In this document: in pieces, positions 40,367 to 54,480 of the stretch
Position numbering within the stretch: position 1 is the stretch's first letter
Layout of the letters: each line of letters opens with the position of its first letter
Assembly (NCBI GenBank): GCA_963707985.1
Contig: CAVPRW010000003.1
Span: 32,001 to 96,000, forward strand
Length of the DNA stretch: 64,000 nt
Source of the DNA: an uncultured Nitrospinota bacterium
Lineage (GTDB): Bacteria > Tectomicrobia > Entotheonellia > J063 > CAVPRW01
Reading direction: 5' to 3'
Notes under the pieces: generated by a model
The model's database searches: none
What the model was told of the DNA's origin: nothing
Seen by the model: only the letters and a program-made list of their open reading frames with translations
Program-made: the position numbers and the translations under genes

Positions 40367-41320
40367 ATGAGAATGCAATGGAAGAGTGTGGTCATGATCG
40401 CTGCTCTCGCCCTGTCTATGGGCCTTGCAGCCCCTGCGTGGTCAGGGCTCGCGGATCCGATGCTGGAAGAGTACGCCGTGCATGTGATCCCGTTCTACAA
40501 AATCGACGCCAATTGGTCGGCGTTCCTGGTCGTCGCCGACACGTCGTTCCAAGACCTGAGCTACAAGGGCTCGGACATCCACCTGAAGTTCTTTGACGCC
40601 GCGTGCAACTACAAGCAAGACGCGATCGTGGAACCCACCAGGACCGATGCGCAGTTCTTCGCGTTACACGATCCCACCGACGCCAATGGCCAGTTCGGTG
40701 GTCTCGTGCAAACCGCGCCGGAAGGCGTGATCGTGCTGGATGGCTACGGCAAGCGGTTTCTGACGTATGTGCTCCTGGTCAACGGCAACAACAACTCGTT
40801 GATCAGGATCGACTCCATCCCCTGCAAGGGGAAAGAGGGCGACTGCTGGGAAGGCAAAAAGGATGGCACATGGCTGCGCTACAACAGCTATAACACGGTC
40901 GCCGCGACCTTTGGGGACACGGGCGCGTTCCGGACCAACCTGTACTTCTTCAGCGCGACAGGGGACCTGGCGAGAGAACTCGTGAAGTATGGGAAGCCGT
41001 ATGGCGAAGTCGATTGGGCCAGCCGGATCAATTTGGATGGCTATTGTGACGAGATTTACCTGGGCTCCCGCCGACTCGATCTCAAATGCACGCAGCGGCT
41101 GCGTCTGACCTCCTTGAACTTCACCAACCTGAACGTGTTCCCGAACGCGGCGTGCGGTGGTAAGCCAGGCCACATTGAGAGCTGGGCTGTTGACTCCTCG
41201 AACGAATTCGAGAAGAAAGTCTACTCGGGCTTCCAGGAGACGATTGCTGAATTAGTCGCAAACACCAGCCTGATTGGCACCGGCTATCTGCACCACTCCG
41301 ACCCAGCGGAGGAAAAGTAA
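40367..41320 (+). CDS. Secreted beta-rich protein, candidate surface/S-layer protein
   Basis: AAGGAGG RBS, Sec signal (APAWS), VIPFY..FLVVADTS..IHLKFFDAAC..D. Confidence 0.75.
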   Translation: MRMQWKSVVMIAALALSMGLAAPAWSGLADPMLEEYAVHVIPFYKIDANWSAFLVVADTSFQDLSYKGSDIHLKFFDAACNYKQDAIVEPTRTDAQFFALHDPTDANGQFGGLVQTAPEGVIVLDGYGKRFLTYVLLVNGNNNSLIRIDSIPCKGKEGDCWEGKKDGTWLRYNSYNTVAATFGDTGAFRTNLYFFSATGDLARELVKYGKPYGEVDWASRINLDGYCDEIYLGSRRLDLKCTQRLRLTSLNFTNLNVFPNAACGGKPGHIESWAVDSSNEFEKKVYSGFQETIAELVANTSLIGTGYLHHSDPAEEK

Positions 41321-41696
41321 GCCGAATCGTTGCGCCAACGGCATACCTAGAACCACGCCCGCAGGCCGGCCACTGGGCCTGGGGGCCGCGACCGGGAGGC
41401 GGACGCTCGAAAGCCCTCGCCTCCCGGTCGCATCGGTGGCAGTGTGCACAGCGGCCCCGTCGAAGTGCGCCGCGATCGGTTTTCGCCCAGTCGTCGTCTC
41501 GCCATCCTGATGGCTCCACGCTGTGGCCTGGTACGGGCCCGCTGGTGTCGTCAGATGAGGTGCCGTCCGCCTGCGCGGTCACGTCTGGCCCTGAACGCGC
41601 TGAGGTGTCTGAACGTCCAGGACCGTCTCGATGACGAAGCATGGCGTGCTGAGCAGGCGCTCTTGAGGACGTTGAGAAAGGTGAGAGAGGAGTGCC

Positions 41697-43133
41697 ATGA
41701 CGATCTTCAAGCCACTCATCCTGGGAGCCATCCTTGGCATGCTCGTGAGCCCTGCGCCCAGTCATGCGTTTCTGGCCATCCCCGCGTCGCAGGCCCCAGG
41801 GGGCTCGATCACCCCGCGCCTGCGCGTGGATCCCCGAGGCGCGATCGCCCTGATCTGGACGGAAGCCCGTGAGAGCCAGCCCGGGCATATCTACTTCAAC
41901 CGGTCGACCGATCGGGGCCAGAGCTGGCCGCCCGAGGCGCGTCGCCTCGATGCGGCGAACCCGAGTGGGTCACGGTCGTCCAGCCCCCGCGTGGACAGCG
42001 ACCGGCAAGGGCATGTCTACACCGTGTGGTGGACCAAGCATCGCGATGGCACGAAGGATGTCCTCTTCAGCCTCTCGCGGGATTTCGGGGCGTCCTTCGC
42101 GCCCGCCCTGAAGCTGAATCACGATTATGGCGCCTTTCCGCCCGAACTCAGTGCCGATGGCCAGGGCCATGTCTATGTCGTCTGGGCCGATGAGCGCCCC
42201 GACGGCGCCGACGGGAGCCGCCGGGGCCGGTCCGCAGGCCATCGCATCTACTTCAATCGCTCGGACGATCATGGCGCGAGCTGGCTCCCGCAGGATCTGA
42301 AGCTCAGCGGCGAGACGGCGGGGCGGGGGCGGGTGATGCAAGCCTGGCCCCAGATCCGCAGCGACGATAGGGGCCATGTCTACGCCATCTGGTTCGATAC
42401 CCGGGATGGGGGCGGCAGCGTCTACTTCCGGGCCTCGGATGATTTTGGCCGGACCTGGCGGGAGGAGCGCCGCGTGAAAGGCGCAGAAGGGAATGTCGAG
42501 GGCCCCATGCAGCTGGCGGCCGATAACCAGGGGCACATCTACATCGCCTGGGCCGATAACCGTGAGGGCGAGTACGGCATCTACCTGGTAGCGTCGACCG
42601 ACCACGGCCAGACGTGGTCAAAAGAGGTACGACTCGATGTCGCCAAGCCGAAGGTCGCCCGCGCCAGCGTGCCCACCCTGGCGGCCGGCCCCGCAGGGCA
42701 TGTCTACGTGGTATGGCAGGATGCCCGGCATGGGGGGTGGGACATCTACCTCAACCTGTCCGCAGACTTCGGCACGACCTGGCACACGGAGGGGGTCCGG
42801 CTGAACACGGGTCCCCCCGGCGAGGCGGAAGCGCGGCTCCCCCAGATCGCCCTCGACGGGAAGGGGACCCTGGCCGTCGTCTGGCAGGAGGATCGGGGAG
42901 CGGACCAGCAGGAGGGGATCTACCTCACCTGGTCGACCGACTTCGGGCGGACCTGGCTCAACGCCGACATCCGGGTCGACGACCAGCCCGCGGCGAGGAC
43001 GGCAGTCAACCCCCAAATCGCCCTGCTGCCCGATGGCGCCGCAGTCATCGCCTGGGAAGGCACTCGACAGGATCGTCAAGAGCGCGCCGTGAAGGTCGTG
43101 GCCCCGAGCGGTCGCCAGACGTCGGCCCGCTAG
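41697..43133 (+). CDS. Secreted BNR/Asp-box repeat (sialidase-like propeller) protein
   Basis: Seven S-x-D-x-G-x-S/T-W/F boxes, each followed by an xxYxxWxD-type strand; signal peptide. Confidence 0.9.
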   Translation: MTIFKPLILGAILGMLVSPAPSHAFLAIPASQAPGGSITPRLRVDPRGAIALIWTEARESQPGHIYFNRSTDRGQSWPPEARRLDAANPSGSRSSSPRVDSDRQGHVYTVWWTKHRDGTKDVLFSLSRDFGASFAPALKLNHDYGAFPPELSADGQGHVYVVWADERPDGADGSRRGRSAGHRIYFNRSDDHGASWLPQDLKLSGETAGRGRVMQAWPQIRSDDRGHVYAIWFDTRDGGGSVYFRASDDFGRTWREERRVKGAEGNVEGPMQLAADNQGHIYIAWADNREGEYGIYLVASTDHGQTWSKEVRLDVAKPKVARASVPTLAAGPAGHVYVVWQDARHGGWDIYLNLSADFGTTWHTEGVRLNTGPPGEAEARLPQIALDGKGTLAVVWQEDRGADQQEGIYLTWSTDFGRTWLNADIRVDDQPAARTAVNPQIALLPDGAAVIAWEGTRQDRQERAVKVVAPSGRQTSAR

Positions 43134-43226
43134 CGCATCGGTGTGCCCCGACGGCCGTCTCGGCGAGCGGTGTGCCGCAGGCAGGGCGTTCTCATGTGCG
43201 TGATGTGACCTCGAAAAGGAGTCCCT

Positions 43227-43926
43227 ATGGTGTCGACTCGACCGCACCGCCCCCATGGCGACTGGATCGTCAGTAGGCTGGTAGGTCTTCTCTGCGTCCT
43301 CGTCCTCTGCACGGGCGCCTGGGCCCAAGGGCCACGACTGCCACCCGCGGACCCGCGCCCGCCCAGTACCGCGAAGGGGCTTTCGGTGGCGGTCCACGAC
43401 GGGCGGCTCTCCGTGGACGTGCAGGAGGCAGATCTGGCGGAGGTCTTGGCGCACATTGGGCGGCAGGCCGGTATCCGGATCTCGCCCGGCCCCAGCGCTG
43501 GGAAACGGGTCAGTGCGCGCTTCTCAGACGTCGCCCTGGAAGACGGGCTTCGCCGTCTGCTGCGGTCGGTGTCCCTCAGTCATATCTTCCTGTATGCCAG
43601 TCGACCGGCAGGGGCTGTGACGATTGCAGAAGTGCGGGTCCTAGGCGAGGGCCAGGACGTGCCCCCCCCGCCAGCGCACCCTTGCGGAGCCAGGCGTGTA
43701 CCCCCACGAGCCCCCGACTGGCGCGCCCGTCGGTAAGGGCCGGCGGCAAGCCCCAGAAGTCGTGCTACCTGTTCAGGAGCCCACGCCTGAACCTGAACCG
43801 GCGGAACCCAGCGAGGTCACGCGCCACATCAGAGACGTGTTCAAATTGAGCAAGGGGATGGGGCGCAGCCCCTCTGACGGCCAGGAATCCTCCCCTAATG
43901 AGCCCAAACCACCAGGCACTGAGTAA
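43227..43926 (+). CDS. Secreted STN/secretin-N-like domain protein with Pro-rich tail (+1 frameshift near 43670)
   Basis: LSVDVQEADLAEVLAHIGRQAGI...VSARFSDVALEDGLRRLL; frame change near a C-run. Confidence 0.65.
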
Positions 43927-44138
43927 AGCGGTGTCGGAGAATTTGCACGTTGAGGGGGTATATTTGGATTGATTGCTCGGAGTTCCAGGATATGGTGCTG
44001 AAAGGAAAGAAAGATTGTGGTGCAGCCAGGCACGATCTTATGCCACATCCTACATATATGCAGATTAGTACCTGCGACACACTAAAAGGAGCCTCGCCCC
44101 CACCCGCTTCCAGCAAGAGAAGAAGCAGCAGCGGACAT

Positions 44139-44612
44139 TTACTCTGGGGGTCGCGCTCGTGTCTCGACCATCCGCTGTGTGCTGGGACCAACACGCTTTT
44201 GAGCCACTTGCAAGCGGATGAGGGCACGCTCTAAAGCTGCGGAAGCTCGTTCGAAATCGATATCGGCGACGGTCGTCGACCATTCGCGCAGTCGCTCTTC
44301 CGCACGCCGTTTAGCGCGCTCAGCGCGCTCGATATCGATCTCTTCGGCCATTTCGGCAGTCTCAGTCAACACGGTCACCTTATTGGGCAAAACCTCCGCA
44401 TACCCCCAGGTAATCGCGAGATGCTCCCATTGATTGCCACTCCGGTAGCCAAGCTCGCCTTGGCCGAGCGTGGTAATAAAGGGCGTGTGCCCTGGGAGCA
44501 CGCCAAAGTATCCGAGAGCGCCCGGCGCCGAGACCTCATCCACCTCAGTGCTGAGCACCTGCCGTTCCGGTGTGACTATTTCTAACAGGATGCGCCCCCA
44601 GTCCTCAGCCAT
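44139..44612 (-). CDS. atpC: ATP synthase F1 epsilon
   Basis: LEIVTPER, G.FGVLPGHTP, EIDIERAE.AK. Confidence 0.97.
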   Translation of the reverse strand: MAEDWGRILLEIVTPERQVLSTEVDEVSAPGALGYFGVLPGHTPFITTLGQGELGYRSGNQWEHLAITWGYAEVLPNKVTVLTETAEMAEEIDIERAERAKRRAEERLREWSTTVADIDFERASAALERALIRLQVAQKRVGPSTQRMVETRARPPE

Positions 44613-44615
44613 GGC

Positions 44616-47040
<2,425 letters not shown>

Positions 47041-47118
47041 AATACTCTCCTGAAAACAGTGCTGGATGGTGAATACCGAGAGCCAAGCGTTTTTTCACGC
47101 AGTACTCAACACTCCGCA

Positions 47119-48660
47119 CTATTTTTTGAGGCGGCTGACGAAATCGGCCTTGAACTCCTCAATGGCCTTGCGCAGTCTGGCCTCCAGGTCGGCGTCCAGT
47201 TGTTTCTTGTCTTTAATCTCTTTGGGCAAGGAGGTGTACCGGCTCTCGACGAATGGAAAAAAGTCTTCCTCGAAGCTCCGGCAGGCCTCGACGGGGATAT
47301 CATCCAGGTAACCGTTGATGCCAGCGTAAATGATCATGACCTGCTTTTCCACCGACAGCGGTTTGTATTGATCTTGCTTGAGGATCTCTACCATGCGCTC
47401 GCCGCGGGTGAGCTGCGCCTGCGTAGCCGCGTCCAACTCACTGCCGAACTGCGCAAAGGCTGCCATCTCACGGTACTGTGCGAGGTCGAGCCGCAAGCGC
47501 CCAGCGATGCGCCGCATGGCGGTGATCTGCGCCGCACCTCCCACACGCGACACGGAAATCCCCACGTTGATAGCGGGGCGCACACCAGCGTAGAAGAGGT
47601 CCGCTTCGAGGTAAATCTGGCCATCGGTGATCGAAATGACGTTGGTGGGAATGTAGGCTGATACGTCTCCCGCCTGCGTTTCCACGATCGGCAGCGCTGT
47701 CAGGGAACCGGCGCCGAGATCATCGCTCAGTTTCGCCGCGCGTTCGAGCAAACGCGAGTGCAGGTAGAAGACATCGCCTGGATAGGCTTCACGACCCGGC
47801 GGACGGCGCAGTAGCAACGAGAGCTGGCGATAGGCCGCGGCGTGCTTCGACAGATCGTCATAGATACACAACACGTGACCACGGTTATCGCGGAAGTACT
47901 CGCCCATGGCGCATCCGGCGTACGGTGCCATGTACAGCAACGGCGCGGGCTCGCTGGCGGTGGCGGCGACGACGATGGTATACTCCATGGCGCCAGCATC
48001 TTCAAGGACCTTGACGACCTGCGCCACCGTCGACCGCTTCTGCCCGATGGCGACGTAAATGCAATACACCCGCTCATCGGTTTGCTGGGTCTCTTTCTGG
48101 TTGATGATGGCATCGATGGCGACGGCTGTTTTGCCCGTCTGCCGATCGCCAATGATCAGCTCTCGCTGACCACGGCCAATCGGAATCATGGCATCGATGG
48201 CCTTCAGACCGGTCTGGATCGGCTGATGCACGGAGCGACGATCCACCACGCCCGGCGCCAGGCGCTCGATAGGGCGAAATTCCGTCGTGTCGATCGGCCC
48301 TTTGCCATCCAGCGGCAGGCCCAATGGGTTGACGACGCGTCCGATCAGTGCCTGACCCGCGGGAACAGCCATGACACGACCCGTGCGCGTGACCTCATCG
48401 CCCTCTTTTATGTGGGTATCCTCGCCGAGGAGTACGACGCCAACCGTCTCTTCTTCGAGGTTCAGCGCCATGCCGTAGATGTCGCCGGGGAACAAAACCA
48501 TCTCGCCGTACATGACGTGTTCGAGACCATAGACGCGGGCCACGCCGTCGCCGACTGAGATGACATAGCCCACTTCCTTGAGCTCGATCTTCCCCTCATA
48601 GCTCTCGATCCGTTGCTTGATCAGATCACTGATCTCTTCTGCCCGGATTTGCATCTGCAT
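47119..48660 (-). CDS. atpA: ATP synthase F1 alpha
   Basis: [23 protein letters not shown]. Confidence 0.99.
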   Translation of the reverse strand: MQMQIRAEEISDLIKQRIESYEGKIELKEVGYVISVGDGVARVYGLEHVMYGEMVLFPGDIYGMALNLEEETVGVVLLGEDTHIKEGDEVTRTGRVMAVPAGQALIGRVVNPLGLPLDGKGPIDTTEFRPIERLAPGVVDRRSVHQPIQTGLKAIDAMIPIGRGQRELIIGDRQTGKTAVAIDAIINQKETQQTDERVYCIYVAIGQKRSTVAQVVKVLEDAGAMEYTIVVAATASEPAPLLYMAPYAGCAMGEYFRDNRGHVLCIYDDLSKHAAAYRQLSLLLRRPPGREAYPGDVFYLHSRLLERAAKLSDDLGAGSLTALPIVETQAGDVSAYIPTNVISITDGQIYLEADLFYAGVRPAINVGISVSRVGGAAQITAMRRIAGRLRLDLAQYREMAAFAQFGSELDAATQAQLTRGERMVEILKQDQYKPLSVEKQVMIIYAGINGYLDDIPVEACRSFEEDFFPFVESRYTSLPKEIKDKKQLDADLEARLRKAIEEFKADFVSRLKK

Positions 48661-49220
48661 TACGCTAATCCCCCCCGGTGGTCTCCGACCAATGCCGTTC
48701 TCAAACGCGCCAACTCATTGCGGATGGAGCCATCCAGCACCAAACTCCCCATCTGAGCCACAATGCCGCCAATGAGCGCGGGGTCGATTTCTTGGTCGAT
48801 GACGATGTCCTTACTTGTATAATGGGCGAAGCGTTGCCGCACCTCTTCCTGCAAGGCCGACGACAGCGGGACGGCGGATGTTACTCGCACGCGCAGACGA
48901 TTTTGCGCTTCCTCCGCCAAGACCTCGTAGAGAGCGACGATGTGCGACATTTCCGGTAGGCGGCCTTTTTCCAGCAGCGTACGAACGAAATTCGCCTCAA
49001 GGGAGCCGATGCCCAGCCGTTGGCTCAGGTCGGTCAGCAGGTCCGCTTTAAAGTGTTGACTGATGGCAGGATTGTAAAGGATGGATTTGAGGCCAGGCGT
49101 CTCGTCGATGAGCTGCGTGAAGCGTTTGAGCTGTTCCCCGGTATCCGCCAGTCGCCTATGTTCGCGGGCGAGCGCCACCAGAGCTTTGGCATAGCGCTTG
49201 GCCACCACTGAGACAATCAA
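48660..49220 (-). CDS. atpH: ATP synthase F1 delta
   Basis: [22 protein letters not shown]. Confidence 0.95.
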   Translation of the reverse strand: MIVSVVAKRYAKALVALAREHRRLADTGEQLKRFTQLIDETPGLKSILYNPAISQHFKADLLTDLSQRLGIGSLEANFVRTLLEKGRLPEMSHIVALYEVLAEEAQNRLRVRVTSAVPLSSALQEEVRQRFAHYTSKDIVIDQEIDPALIGGIVAQMGSLVLDGSIRNELARLRTALVGDHRGGLA

Positions 49221-49822
49221 TTCAGCTCTCCTATGCGCGCGATATAACGACGGACGATGGCCTGTTGGTCTTCATCATGCAATTCACGTCGGAAGATGTC
49301 CTCGGCAATTTGCACAGTTAACATCGCCGCCTCCTGGCGTAGGCTTAGTTGAGCCCGTTCCGTGGCCCGCTCAACCTCCAACCGCGCCTGAGCGACAATA
49401 CGTGCGGCGAGCTGCTGGGCCTCTGCCTCCAGCCGGCGGGCCATGTCTTCGCGTTCCTGCGTGGCTTGCTGTTGTAGCCGGGTGAGCTCCTCCTGGAGGT
49501 TTGCCGTCTTGCGTTGATTCTCCTGCAGCAATCGCTGAGCCTCGTCCCGACCGGCTTGTGCCTGCTCGATGGCTTGCTGAATTTTTTGGCGATGGTCCTG
49601 TAAGACCCGCGGCAACACTTTCGCGAGCACGACATACAGGATGATCCCAAGGATGATGAAGTTTATCCAACGGAAGATCTCTTCCAACAGGTTAAATTCG
49701 GCATGGTGCCCACCACCCGCCGCCGCCGCAACTGCCGCGCTGCTCCACACCAGCATGCCGAGTAGCATCGCCCACCGATGGCTACTCCCTAGCCTCATGT
49801 GCGCGTCCCCACGGTGTAACAT
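49217..49822 (-). CDS. atpF: ATP synthase F0 subunit b
   Basis: WINFIIL TM segment plus coiled coil; operon position; start uncertain. Confidence 0.9.
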   Translation of the reverse strand: MLHRGDAHMRLGSSHRWAMLLGMLVWSSAAVAAAAGGGHHAEFNLLEEIFRWINFIILGIILYVVLAKVLPRVLQDHRQKIQQAIEQAQAGRDEAQRLLQENQRKTANLQEELTRLQQQATQEREDMARRLEAEAQQLAARIVAQARLEVERATERAQLSLRQEAAMLTVQIAEDIFRRELHDEDQQAIVRRYIARIGELN

Positions 49823-50254
49823 TTAGCGACTCACCTCACGACCCATCAGCTTCACCACCACCAATCGCGCCAGTTCACGGGCCGTGTCAACGAGACGGGT
49901 GCGAGCCTCCTGCACCTCGCGTGTGATCGTCACCTGCGCCTCCGCCACCAGTGTGTGCGCTTCATTGCGGGCCTGCTCAATCTGCTCGCGCTGTTTGGCA
50001 TCCATCGCCCGCTGCACAGCTGCCGCCTGCTCCGCCATGTCTCGACGGGCTGTCTCGATGGCGGATTCATAGCCCGTTAACGCGCTCTCGGCCTCCTGGC
50101 GCAGGCGCGCTGCCTCGTCGAGATTGTCGTGAACGCTTTTGTCGCGAGCATCCATGAACTCTATGAGTGGTTTGAACAGGATCTTATTCATCAACACCAG
50201 GAAGATGATGACACTGACCAGGACAACCGGTAGTGTCCAATTGACGTCGAGCAT
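49823..50254 (-). CDS. ATP synthase F0 subunit b'
   Basis: MLDVNWT, ILFKPL..FM..R; first gene of the operon. Confidence 0.9.
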   Translation of the reverse strand: MLDVNWTLPVVLVSVIIFLVLMNKILFKPLIEFMDARDKSVHDNLDEAARLRQEAESALTGYESAIETARRDMAEQAAAVQRAMDAKQREQIEQARNEAHTLVAEAQVTITREVQEARTRLVDTARELARLVVVKLMGREVSR

Positions 50255-50336
50255 GTTCTCTACCCTCTGCAATGGGCGCACGCCGCGTCGTCGGTGGTTC
50301 ACATGCGGCTTTTTCTACCAGACGCACGGCACGATT

Positions 50337-50365
50337 CAGATAACACACTTACCCAGGCTTGTCAA
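50337..50365 (-). promoter_or_regulatory. Putative atp operon promoter overlapping the rsmG 3' end
   Basis: TTGACA-N17-TATCTG with a TGn extension. Confidence 0.4.
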
Positions 50366-51047
50366 ATTTTTGGCCGCCGCTGGGTTTGCCGATCACGACC
50401 ATGGTACGCGCCGCCGACTCGCCAGGGATCGACATCAGATCGAGCAGGACCCCGCCGTGAGCAGCGAGCACGCCCCCTAGGCTGTGCACTTCCGCCAGGG
50501 CCGCTGGTCCTTTCTCCAATACGAGGCGTCCGCCCGGCTGTAACAGGGTCAGTGCAGCAGGCAGCCAGCGCCGCAGCCCCCCAACCCCGCGCGAGACGAT
50601 AACGGCATAATGCTCACGCATCGCCTCCTCCTGCGCCAACGCTTCCACGCGGGTGACGAGGCAGCGCACGTCGTCGAGCCCCAGAACACGACAGAGCTGC
50701 CGCAGAAAAACACTTTTGCGCTCCGAGCTCTCGACCAGATCCACGGCGAGCTCAGGATGCCACAGTTTTAATGGTAGGCCAGGAAACCCTGCTCCCGTAC
50801 CAATATCCAGGAGGGGCAGTCCAGGATGAGGGACGAAGGTTTGCAAGAAGTCGAGGGACCCCAGGAAATGTTTACGAATGATCCCGACCTCATCACTGAT
50901 CGATGTCAGGCTCATCGTCCGGTTCCAATGCTGTAATTCGCGCAGATAGGTCAGAAACCGGCGGCACCGAAGCTCGTCTAGAGGACTGCTGGCGGCGGCG
51001 AAAAGCTGTTGCAAGCGAACCTCGGTTGTCGGTACAGACGGCGTCAT
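50349..51047 (-). CDS. rsmG: 16S rRNA m7G527 methyltransferase
   Basis: WNRTMSLT, LDIGTGAGFPG, RKSVFL. Confidence 0.95.
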   Translation of the reverse strand: MTPSVPTTEVRLQQLFAAASSPLDELRCRRFLTYLRELQHWNRTMSLTSISDEVGIIRKHFLGSLDFLQTFVPHPGLPLLDIGTGAGFPGLPLKLWHPELAVDLVESSERKSVFLRQLCRVLGLDDVRCLVTRVEALAQEEAMREHYAVIVSRGVGGLRRWLPAALTLLQPGGRLVLEKGPAALAEVHSLGGVLAAHGGVLLDLMSIPGESAARTMVVIGKPSGGQKFDKPG

Positions 51048-51090
51048 CGCTCCTCAACCCCCTCATCCCCCAGGCGAGGGAACAAGGTGC

Positions 51091-52965
51091 CTACCGGTGC
51101 CGCCGCCTTTTCTCCAGGTAGACATCCAGGATGGCAATAGCCGCGGGTGTCATGCCAGAGATGCGGGAGGCTTGTCCCAGTGAAGTGGGACGTACGACTC
51201 GCAGTTTCTCACGCACCTCCGTGGAGAGTCCTCCAATCGCATCATAATCCAAATCCCTGGCCAGCGGCTTGGCCTCAAGCTTCCTGAAGCGTGCTACCTG
51301 CGCCTCTTGCCGCTCGATATAGCCCTGGTATTTGACCTGAATGGCGACCTGCTCGGTGACCGCCAGCGGTAATGGGCTGGGAGGCGGCGCAAAGCACGCC
51401 AACATCCGGTACTCGATCTCAGGACGACGCAGCAGATCCGCCAACGTCAGAACGGATTTGAGTGGCGCGCTGTGGAGCTCACCCAGTCGCTGATTCACCA
51501 CCGCCGTCGGATTGACTTTTGTGCTCTCCAGACGGGCGACTTCCGCAGCGATCTGCACCCGTTTGGTCAGAAATCGGTCATACTCGGGTGTGCGCACGAG
51601 GCCGACGGCATGACCCCTATCCCGCAGTCGCAGGTCAGCGTTATCCGAGCGTAACAACAGGCGATACTCCGCTCGTGAGGTGAACATCCGATAGGGCTCC
51701 GTCACGCCCTTCGTGACCAGATCATCGATCATCACCCCAATGTAGGCCTCGGAACGGTCGAGGATCAACGGCTCACGGCCCTGCACAATCAAGGCAGCGT
51801 TGATCCCGCCCATCAGACCCTGTGCTGCGGCCTCCTCATAGCCGGTGGTACCATTGATCTGCCCGGCGAACAGGAGGCCGCGGACCAATTTAGTTTCCAG
51901 GCTGGGCAAGAGCTGCCGCGGGTCAGCGTAGTCGTATTCGATGGCATATCCTGGGCGCGTGATCTCCGCCCGTTCCAATCCGGCAATGGTGTGCACCAGT
52001 TGCATCTGGACGTCCAAGGGCAGGCTGGTGGAAATGCCGTTGGGGTAAATCTCCAGCGTCTGGCGTCCCTCTGGCTCGAGAAAGATCTGATGGCGCTCCT
52101 TGTCGGCAAAGCGCACCACCTTATCTTCGATCGATGGGCAGTAACGGACACCGCGTGCCTGGATTACCCCGGCATACATCGGTGAACGATCCAGGTTCTC
52201 ACGAATGATCCGGTGTGTCGCCGCATTGGTATAAGTCAAGTAGCACAGGACCTGCGGCTGGGTAATGGCCGCCGTTGAGTACGAGAACGGCGTCGGCTCG
52301 GGGTCACCAGGTTGAGGTTCCAGGTTCGAGAAGTCGATGGTTTTGGCATCGAGGCGCGGTGGGGTGCCAGTTTTCAGACGTCCCATTTCGAAGCCCAGTT
52401 CCATGAGCTGCTCGGAGAGTCCATAGGCCGCCGCTTCTCCACCACGACCACCGGCCTGGTTTTTCAGACCGATGTGGATGAGCCCCCGCAGGAATGTACC
52501 GGTCGTCACTACCACGGCTCGGGCGCCGTAGGCGAACCCCATGCCGGTCATGACACCGGCGATACGCCCATCACTCACCAGCAGGCGTTCGACCGTCCCC
52601 TGCTTGATCTCCAGTCCCTCCTGCTGTTCCAGCGTCGCCTTCATTTGCAGGCGATACAGAGCCTTATCAGCCTGGGCGCGGTTGCCCTGCACCGCGGGAC
52701 CTTTACTACGATTGAGCATTTTAAACTGGATGCCGGTAAGATCGATGCATTTCGCCATCTCGCCGCCCAGGGCATCGATTTCACGCACCAGATGCCCCTT
52801 GCCCAAGCCACCAATGGAGGGATTACAGGACATCTGGGCGATCTTATCCAGGTCAATGCTGAGTAGCAGGGTTTGACAGCCCATGCGTGCGGCGGCGAGG
52901 GCAGCCTCGCAACCCGCGTGGCCACCACCGATGACAATTACGTCATAGATTTTGGCGCAGTCCAT
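51091..52965 (-). CDS. mnmG: tRNA uridine-5-carboxymethylaminomethyl enzyme MnmG (GidA)
   Basis: [43 protein letters not shown]. Confidence 0.99.
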   Translation of the reverse strand: MDCAKIYDVIVIGGGHAGCEAALAAARMGCQTLLLSIDLDKIAQMSCNPSIGGLGKGHLVREIDALGGEMAKCIDLTGIQFKMLNRSKGPAVQGNRAQADKALYRLQMKATLEQQEGLEIKQGTVERLLVSDGRIAGVMTGMGFAYGARAVVVTTGTFLRGLIHIGLKNQAGGRGGEAAAYGLSEQLMELGFEMGRLKTGTPPRLDAKTIDFSNLEPQPGDPEPTPFSYSTAAITQPQVLCYLTYTNAATHRIIRENLDRSPMYAGVIQARGVRYCPSIEDKVVRFADKERHQIFLEPEGRQTLEIYPNGISTSLPLDVQMQLVHTIAGLERAEITRPGYAIEYDYADPRQLLPSLETKLVRGLLFAGQINGTTGYEEAAAQGLMGGINAALIVQGREPLILDRSEAYIGVMIDDLVTKGVTEPYRMFTSRAEYRLLLRSDNADLRLRDRGHAVGLVRTPEYDRFLTKRVQIAAEVARLESTKVNPTAVVNQRLGELHSAPLKSVLTLADLLRRPEIEYRMLACFAPPPSPLPLAVTEQVAIQVKYQGYIERQEAQVARFRKLEAKPLARDLDYDAIGGLSTEVREKLRVVRPTSLGQASRISGMTPAAIAILDVYLEKRRRHR

Positions 52966-53057
52966 AGGAGATATCCTGCAATCGGCTGCCTCACCCTCGT
53001 CCTCTCACAGAGGAACAGGGCCTGTCGGCGAGGGTGAAGAGAATCACGCCGTGTTGA

Positions 53058-54449
53058 CTATTTCCCAATACAAAACTCGCTGAAAATCTTGTCCAAAAGG
53101 TCTTCGGTGTAATTGAGCCCAACGATCTCACCTAGCCATTCCAGGGCCTCACGCAAGTCCACCGCAATGAACTCGCCCGACAGGCACTGCTCCATGGCAT
53201 CACAGGCCTGTCGCAAGCTTTGGTAAGCGCGCTGTAAAGCTTCCCACTGGCGCAACCTGGTGACCATAGGGCCTTCGCGTGGGGGCTGTTGCCCGTTTAC
53301 AACCGCCGCCACCATCGCTCTTGTCAAGCGCTCAAGCCCCTGATGCTCTTGACACGACACGACAATCTTAGGCCATTCGGGAAACCGCACCTGCAGCTCA
53401 TCCGCCGTCACCTGTGGGGGCAAATCCGCCTTGTTTAGCACCACCTGGACGTGCTTCCCCTGAACCACCGCCACGGCCTCCTCGTCTTCAGCCATCAGCG
53501 GCTCCGAGCCATCAAGCACGAGTAACACCAGATCGGCGCTCTCCACGCTCGCGCGCGCGCGGGCAATCCCCTCTTGTTCCACGAGGTCAGTACTGGGACG
53601 GATGCCCGCGGTATCCACCAGTCGGAACGGGTAGCCACACAGGTTGGCGACTTCCTCCAGCACATCGCGCGTCGTACCCGGAATCGGCGTGACGATGGCG
53701 CGATTCGCTGCCAACAACGCATTGAACAGGCTCGATTTGCCGACGTTCGGCCGTCCCACGATGGCCACTTGGACCCCCGCGCGCAACACACGGCCCGTCT
53801 GGAAGGTCTCCAACAGCGTCGCCATCCGCGCCTCTACGGCACGCGCCTTGGTACGTAAGGTTTCCCAGGCTAAGAGTTCTAGATCCTCCTCAGGAAACTC
53901 CATGGCACCCTCGACATACGCCAGGACCTCGAGCAACTCTTCACGCATGGCGCCAATCGCCTGTGACAGCCCTCCCTGCAGCTGGGCCAGCGCCTGCCGC
54001 TGGCTTTCTTCCGTCTGCGCCTGAATCAAATCGATCACCGCCTCAGCCTGAGATAAGTCGAGCCGACCATTGACAAAGGCGCGCTTGGTAAATTCCCCCG
54101 GCTCCGCCAGTCGTGCGCCACCGGCAACGAGCCCCTCGAGGATACGGGCCAGGACGCCGATGCCCCCATGGCCGCTGATTTCGACGACATCTTCACAGGT
54201 ATAGGAGCGCGGCCCCCGCATATAGGTTACCAGCACTTCATCGAGTGTGGTCCCGGTGCAGGGGTGAATGATGCTGCCGAAGCGTACCCGATGCGAAGGC
54301 CAGTGTTCCACTGCCCGGCCGTGTCGATCCCGGAACATTAACTGCACAATCGCCACAGCGGCAGGCCCGCTGACGCGAATGATGCCCAGCCCTCCTGCAC
54401 CAATGGGCGTCGCGATGGCGGCAATCGTGTCATCCGGCGTCGCCTGCAC
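53058..54449 (-). CDS. mnmE: tRNA modification GTPase MnmE
   Basis: DTIAAIATP, GRPNVGKS, DTAG, NKAD, FCIGK; GTG start with GGAGG RBS. Confidence 0.98.
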   Translation of the reverse strand: MQATPDDTIAAIATPIGAGGLGIIRVSGPAAVAIVQLMFRDRHGRAVEHWPSHRVRFGSIIHPCTGTTLDEVLVTYMRGPRSYTCEDVVEISGHGGIGVLARILEGLVAGGARLAEPGEFTKRAFVNGRLDLSQAEAVIDLIQAQTEESQRQALAQLQGGLSQAIGAMREELLEVLAYVEGAMEFPEEDLELLAWETLRTKARAVEARMATLLETFQTGRVLRAGVQVAIVGRPNVGKSSLFNALLAANRAIVTPIPGTTRDVLEEVANLCGYPFRLVDTAGIRPSTDLVEQEGIARARASVESADLVLLVLDGSEPLMAEDEEAVAVVQGKHVQVVLNKADLPPQVTADELQVRFPEWPKIVVSCQEHQGLERLTRAMVAAVVNGQQPPREGPMVTRLRQWEALQRAYQSLRQACDAMEQCLSGEFIAVDLREALEWLGEIVGLNYTEDLLDKIFSEFCIGK

Positions 54450-54480
54450 CTGTCCAGATCCTCCGCGTAACCAGCAACTA

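Noticed and set aside
52985..53045. CCTCACCCTC...GAGGGTGA hairpin, with similar weak ones near 4690 and 51060
   Set aside because: Degenerate REP-like or terminator hairpins; too divergent to define a family here.
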